The notes beneath the pieces are model-generated. The model was not told the DNA's origin and searched no databases. It saw only the letters and a list, made by a program, of their open reading frames with translations. DNA of 64,000 bases from the human T2T-CHM13v2.0 reference genome, Homo sapiens: assembly GCF_009914755.1 (NCBI RefSeq), contig NC_060927.1; one strand, given 5' to 3'. The position numbers and the translations under genes were made by a program. Shown in pieces: positions 57,470-64,000 of the stretch (position 1 is its first letter; every line of letters begins with the position of its first letter).

Positions 57470-60400
57470 ACTGTGCACTGGGGAAAGAGAAATTATCAGA
57501 CATTTCAAGGACTACTGGACACTGGCTCTGAGTTGACATTCATTCCAGGGGACCCAAAATGTCACTGAGATCCTCCAATTAAAGTAGGTGTTTATTAAGG
57601 TCATGTAATTAATGGAGTTTTAGTTCAGGTCTGACTTACAGTGGGTCCAGTAAGTACCCGAACTCACCCTGTGGTCATTTCCCCAGTGCCAGAATGCATA
57701 ATTGGCATAGAGATACTTAGCAGCTGGCAGAACCCTCACATTGGCTCCCTGACTGGTAGTGTGAGGGCTATTATGGCGGGAAAGGCCAAATGGAAGCCAT
57801 TAGAGCTGCCTCTACCTAGAAAAAGAGTAAATCAAAAACAATATCTCATCCCTGGAGGGATTGCAGAGATTAGTGCCACCATGAAGGACTTAAAAGATAC
57901 AGGGGTGGTGATTCCCACCACATCCCCGTTCAACTCTCCCATTTAGCCTGCGCAGAAGATAGATGGATCTTGGCGAATGACAGTGAATTATTGTAATCCT
58001 AACCAAGTGGTGACTCCAATTTCAGCTGCTGTACCAGATGCAGTTTCATTGCTTGAGCAAATGAACACATCTCCTCGTATCTGGTATGCAGCCATTGACT
58101 TGGCAAATGCCTTTTATTCCATTCCTGTCCATAAGGCCCACCAGAAGCAATTTGCCTTCAGCTGGCAAGGTCAGCAACATACCTTTACTGTTCTATCTTA
58201 GGGGTATCTCAACTCTCCTGCTTTGTGTCATAATCTTATTCGGAGAGAACTTGATACGTTTTTTCTTCTGCAAGATACCACACTGGTCCATTACATTGAT
58301 GACATTATACTGATTGGATCCAGTGGGCAAGAAGTAGCAGACACACTGGACTTATTGTTGAGACATTTGTATGCCAGAGAATGGGAAATAAATCTGACTA
58401 AATATCATGGACCTTCTACCTCAGTAAAATTTCTATGGGTCCAGTTGCATGCAGCTGGTCAAGATATTCCCTTTAAAGTCAAGGATAAATTGCTGCATTT
58501 GGCCCCACTATAACCAAGAAAGAGGCACAACACCTAGTGGGCCTATTTGGATTTTGGAGGCAACACATTCCTCATTTTGGATGTGTTACTCTGTCCAATT
58601 TACTGAGTAACCTGAAAGGCTGCTAGTTTTGAGTGGGGTCCAGAACAGAAGCAGGCTCTGCAACAGGCTGCTGTGTAAGCTGCTCTGCCACTTGGGCCAT
58701 ATGACCCAGCAGATCCAATGAGGCTTGAGGTGTCAGTGGCAGACAGGGATGCTGTTTAGAGCCTTTGGCAGGCTCCCACAGGTGAATCACAGTGGAGGCC
58801 TCTAGGATTTTAGAACAAGGCCCCGCCACCTTCTGCAGATAACTACTCTCCTTTTGAGAGACAGCTCTTGGTCTGTTACTGGGCTTTGGTGGAAACTGAA
58901 CGTTTGACTATGGGTCATTAAGTCACTATGCAACCTGAACTGTGTATCATAAACTGGGTGCTTTCTGATCCATCAAGCCATAAAGTGGGTCATGCACAGC
59001 AGCATTCCATCATCAAATGGAAGTGGTATATACGTGATCGGGCTCAAGCAGGTCCTGAAGGCACAAGTAAGTTACATGAGGAAGTGGCTCAAATGCCCAT
59101 GGTCTCCACTCCTGCCACCCTGCCTTCTCTCCCCAAGCCTGCACTGATGGCCTCTTGGGGAGTTTTCCCTATATTAGGTTGACAGAGGAAGAGAAGACTA
59201 GGGCCTGGTTCACAGATGGTTCTGCATGATATGCAGGCACCACCCAAAGGGGACAGTTGCAGCACTACAGCCCCTTCGTAGGACGTCCCTGAAGGAGAGT
59301 GGTGAAGGGAAATCTTCCCAGTGGGCAGAACTTTGAGCAGTGCACCTGGTTGTGCACTTTGCATGGAAGGAGAAATGGCCACATGTGCAATTATATACTG
59401 ATTCATGGGCTGTAGCCAATGGTTTGGCTGGATGGTCAGGGACTTGGAAGAAGCATAATTGGAAAATTGCTGACAAAAAAATTTGGGGAAGAGGTATGTG
59501 GATGGACCTCTCTGAATGGTCAAAAACTATGAAGATATTTGTATCCCATGTGAGTACTCACCAATGACTGACTTCAGCAGAGCAGGAGTTAATTAATCAA
59601 GTGGTAGGATGGCCTGTTCTGTGGACACCACTCAGCCTCTTTCCCCAGCCACCCCTGTCAATGCCCAATGGGCCCATGAACAAAATGGCTGTAGTGGCAG
59701 GGATGGAAGTTATGCATGGGCTCGGCAACATGGACTTCCATTCTCCAAGGCTGACTCGGCTACGGCCACTGCTGAGTGCCCAATTTGCCAGCAGCAGAGA
59801 CCAACACTGAGCCCTTGATATGGCACCATTCCTCGGGGTGATCAGCCAGCTAGCTACCCGGTGACAGGAAAGGGCAGAAGTTTGTCCTCACAGGGATAGA
59901 CACTCACTCTGGATATCAGTTTGCCTATCCTGCATGCAATGCTTCTGCCAAGACTACCATCCGTGGACCCACAGAACGCCTTATCCACCATCATGGTATT
60001 CCACACAGCATAGCCTCTGACCAAGGCACTCACTTTATGGCTAAAGAAGTGCAGCAGTGGGCTCATGCTCATGGAATTCACTGGTCTTACCATGGTCCCC
60101 ATCATCCTAAAACAGCTGGATTGATAGAACGGTGGAATGGCCTTTTGAAGTCACAATTGTAATACCAACTAGGTGACAATACTTTGCAGGGCTGGGGCAA
60201 AGTTCTCCAGAAGGCTGTGTATGCTCTGAATCAGCATCCAATATATGGTACTGTTTTTCCCATAGCAAAGAATCATGGGTCCAGGGATCAAGAGGTGAAA
60301 GTGGAAGTGGCACCACTCACCATCACCCCTAGTGATCCACTAGCAAAACTTTTGCTTCATGTTCCCACGACATCACGTTCTGCTGGCCTAGAGATCTTAG

Positions 60401-60710
60401 TTCCAGAGGGAGGAACACTGCCACCAGGAGACATGACAATGATTCCACTAAACTGGAAGATTGCCACCTGGACACTTTGGGGTCCTCCTACCTTTAAGTC
60501 AGCAGGCTAAGAAGGGAGTTACAGTGTTGGCTGGGGTGACTGACCCAGACTATCAAGATGAAATCAGTCTACTACTCCACAACGGAGGTAAGGAAGAGTA
60601 TGCATGGAATACAGGAGATCCATTGGGGTGTCTTAGTATTACCATTGCCTGTGATTAAGGTCAATGGAAAACTACAACAGCCCAATCCAGGCAGGACTAC
60701 AAATGACCCA
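57470..60710 (+). pseudogene. pol: HERV-L pro-pol-dUTPase remnant
   Basis: Protease LLDTGSE (~57512); RT WYAAIDLANAF and VHYIDD; RNase H LYTDSWAVANG; integrase zinc finger ...ECPICQQ; dUTPase PPGHFGVLLP...GVTDPDYQDEI. Numerous stops. Confidence 0.93.
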
Positions 60711-61004
60711 GACCGCTCAGGAATGAAGGTTTGGGTCACTCCACTAGGAAAGAAACACGACCTGCTGAGGTGCTTGCTGAAGGCAAAGGGAACACAGAAT
60801 GGGTAGTAGAAGAAGGTAGGCATCAATACCAGCTACAACCACATGACCAGCTTATTTAAAAATCATAGGAAGCATATTTGAAAATCATAAAGCAACAACT
60901 ATAAATCTGTTGTATATCTACATGTCACAGTGATCCCGTGACAATGGTGGTCCTGTATAGTATTACTTTTTACTGAGTGACTATATATATATATCCTATT
61001 AGTA

Positions 61005-61597
61005 TCCTAATATAGATACGTATATACATATATACATACATGTACATATATACATATATGCATACATATAAATATACATATATACACACATATAATGTAT
61101 ATCTCATACGAGTGCTCACCAATGTATAGATATGTATAGATGTATATATTGTATATGTATATATACGTATATGTGTGTATATATATATGAAGTGTTCCCA
61201 TATATAATATATGAAGGGGAGTTTATTAAGTATTAACTTACACAATCCAAAGCTCCCACAATAGGCTGTCTGTAAGCTGAGGAGCAAGGAGAGCCAGCCT
61301 GACTCCCCAAACTGAAGAACTTCGAGTCCAATGTTCCAGGGCAGGAAGCATCCAACACGGGAAAAAGATGTAGGCTGGGAGGTTAGGCCCATCATCTCCT
61401 TTTCATGCTTTTCTGCCTGCTTTACATTCACTGGCAGCTGATTAGATTGCGCCCACTAGATTAAGGGTAGATCTGTCTTCCCCAGCCCACTGGCTCAAAT
61501 GTTAATCTCTTTCGGCAACACCCTCAGAGATTCACCCAGGATCAATACTTCGTATCTTTCAATCCAATCAAGTTGACACTCAGTATTAACCATCACA
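61005..61597 (-). repeat. Body of the HERV-L 3' LTR (MLT2A) in inverted orientation, including its TA-rich tract
   Basis: AAGGGGAGTTTATTAAG...GTTGACACTCAGTATTAACCATCACA is reverse-complement MLT2A; immediately followed by the inverted polypurine tract AGTCCACTCCTT. Confidence 0.93.
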
Positions 61598-62079
61598 AGT
61601 CCACTCCTTGTCAACTTGAACCCATACACATCCCCTGAGATCATACATAATCTTCAAATAGAGACAATAATAAGGTCAAAATTATGCCTAACATAATACA
61701 ACCATCCTTCATACAGCCAGAAACGTACCAATCCTCAACCCAAGTATTATTACACAAAGTTACCAATATTTAAATGCTGATATGAAGTCAATAAATCTTA
61801 TGTCACATGAAAAAGGAGAAAGGAAATAAAATGAAGATATTTTCTTAGTACAGGTGTACACATGCACAAACATGTTTTTAACCAAAGGAGGAGGAAATAC
61901 TCATGACAATTACAGTCCTCGTTTCTGCAGCTGGTCATATGGAGATATAGATATATCTACATATACATATATATCTATATATTTATATAGATATCTACAT
62001 ATACATATATGTCTATATATCTATATCTATATATATCTCCTATTAGTTCTGTCCCTCTAAGACAGCCCTAATACAGTGG

Positions 62080-62600
62080 GAGAGAAGTGTCTGGTTTCAT
62101 TCTTCTGCATATAGACACCCAGTTTCCCCAGCACCATTTATTGAAGAGACTCTCCTTTCCTCATTGTATGTCCCTTGGAGTAAAAGAAACATAGCATGTT
62201 CTTGCTAATATGTGATAACTAAAAAGTAAGAAAGTTGATGTTACAGAGGTAGAGAGTAGAATTATGGTTACCAGAGGCTAGGAAGGTTAGCAGGGAGAAA
62301 GAGGATGAATAGGGTTTGGTTAATGGGTTCAAAAATACAATGAGAAGGAATAAGTTACAGTTTCAATACCACAGTAGGGCAAGGGTGAACATTGTTATCA
62401 ATCATTCATTGTATATTTCAAAATAGCTAGATTTTGGAACGTCTGAAGACATAGTAGATAATAAATGTTTGAGTGATGGATATACCAATTACTCTGATTT
62501 GATCATTACACATTGTATACATGTATCAAAATATCACAGGTACCCCATGAATATGTACAATTATTACATCTCAATAAAAAATTAAAAATTTTTAAAATTA
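62080..62600. mobile_element. L1MA/MB fragment: antisense ORF2 piece joined to a sense 3'UTR
   Basis: 62080-62178 TTTCATTCTTCTGCATATAG...CCCAGCACCATTTATTGAAGAGAC (antisense ORF2); 62185-62600 sense 3'UTR ending AATAAAAAATTAAAAA. Confidence 0.85.
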
Positions 62601-63779
62601 AAAATCAGTCATATAAAAACCTGGTCAAAAGCAATCCAGGAAAAGGGAGAAGCATATTTAAAAATCATAAAGCACAACTATAGAGCTGTTATATATCTAC
62701 ATGTCACAGTGATCCCGTGACAATGGTAGTCCTGTATAGTATTGCTTTTTGCTTCTAGGTTGTGGCATGTCTTGGAGTGAGCCATCTAGGGAAACTGCCA
62801 ATGGTTCTTTACATGTAAAGCTGAATCTCCTGCAGAAAATTCTCTCAGCATCTTAAGACACCATTATCTGAATGTGATTTAAACTCTTTTTTCAGACATA
62901 TAGATCGACAATCATCATTTTCAGCCCCTCAGGGTGCAGGCCATTTACCAAAATGACAATAGCATTAAACTTATTGCTATTATTGGTATTAATAGCTCTA
63001 ATAACATCTACCTGATGACTTCAATGCTGAATTACCGCAGGGTTAGTCAGAAGTAATGAGCTAAAATGATCATAAAGCCCTTTTCAAATATTTCAGGTGG
63101 TACAAAATTATTACAAATGGCAAGGTAGGTGTTGCACGTTCTCTGTGAAACAACGGGTGTCAGCCAGATAAGAAGAAAGCAACATTAGCTTTGAAAGTGG
63201 CACTGGGGGCCCTGGGTCCCAGCCCTCCCTCAAGTTTTGTTTCAAATATCAGTGTTACTAGACCCACTTTCAAAAATGAAATGGGAATCATTTTCCTAGG
63301 GATAAGTGAGAAGATGTGCCATTCTCAACCTCAACGATGCCTTTTATTATGTTTCCCTGGCTATTCTTACCATCTTCATCATTTCTTCTCACTTGCAAAC
63401 AGTGCGGCCAAGGTGTCGTCACCAAATGCTTTTAGATATGCCCACACCTACCAGCTTGGCAGCCCGTTACTAAAGGTAAAGCATAATCGTGCCTGATTTA
63501 GAGACAGTAGCAAAAACCTCTTTACCTGCTAGATATGGGAATTAAGTAAACTGTGAGAGACTGTGACACTGATAATCTGGATATTTGCTATAAGCAAAAC
63601 TAATTCCTAGTTATGGAAACACTCTAAAGCTCTATAAAATGAAACTAGTAATACCTACAAAAACCATGCAGTTCTAATGAAACTTAAAAGAAGTTATGCA
63701 TATAAAAGCTTTTCTCAACTAGTAAATTGCCAAGTGTTTTAAAATATTGATTGTTCATATGGAATACAGCATTTGGGAA

Positions 63780-63892
63780 TATTATTTCAGGAGTCTTGCA
63801 GTCCATGGTTCCAATGCCAACTTGCTCCATGGATTAGCTCTGTGACATTGCATAGGTCACGTAACTTCTCTGTCTCAATCTTCTTAAAAGAA
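63780..63892 (+). mobile_element. MIR fragment
   Basis: TTAGCTCTGTGACATTGCATAGGTCACGTAACTTCTCTGTCTCAATC. Confidence 0.7.
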
Positions 63893-63899
63893 AATGAAA

Positions 63900-64000
63900 G
63901 AGTTCAGACTGGGTGGAGCCCATCGTAGTACCGCAAAGCCACTGTAGCCAGTCTGCCTCTCTAGATTCCTCCTCTCTGGGCAGGGCATCTCTGAAAAAAC
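63900..64000 (+). mobile_element. L1PA 5'UTR segment running off the window end
   Basis: CTGGGTGGAGCCCA...CTGCCTCTCTAGATTCCTCCTCTCTGGGCAGGGCATCTCTGAA, homologous to the 5'UTR of the L1 at ~53010-53090. Confidence 0.85.

Noticed and set aside
61005-61597. Independent antisense MLT2A solo-LTR insertion
   Set aside because: It is contiguous with the inverted PPT and internal sequence that continue the upstream HERV-L exactly, so it is the provirus's own 3' LTR.
60869-62753. The ~105-bp direct repeats as a TSD or LTR pair of a new mobile element
   Set aside because: No TG...CA termini or coding content. The left copy sits at an inversion junction next to a partial restart copy, which fits templated repair better.

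Overview
Primate (Alu/L1PA-containing, probably ape) intergenic or intronic DNA dominated by interspersed repeats. I find no intact protein-coding gene; the ORF track consists of repeat fragments and chance ORFs. Main elements: (1) a two-LTR class I (HERV-IP/HERV-P-like) provirus at 22387-26618 with a tRNA-Pro PBS, lacking gag/pro/RT but keeping decayed integrase and env, inserted into an L1; (2) a processed RPL21 pseudogene at ~39570-40107; (3) a full-length, disabled L1PA on the minus strand at ~47435-53575; (4) a HERV-L (MLT2A LTR) provirus at ~55165-62075; (5) about a dozen Alus, plus solo LTRs, Charlie1/MER5/MER20 DNA transposon fossils, L2/MIR remnants and microsatellites. The most unusual structure is a complex rearrangement in the 3' end of the HERV-L: a ~1 kb inversion with a 14-bp inverted junction duplication and serial templated insertions copied from DNA ~1.8 kb downstream. 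I found no convincing evidence of a new biological system. Subfamily names come from recalled consensus sequences and need RepeatMasker/Dfam confirmation.
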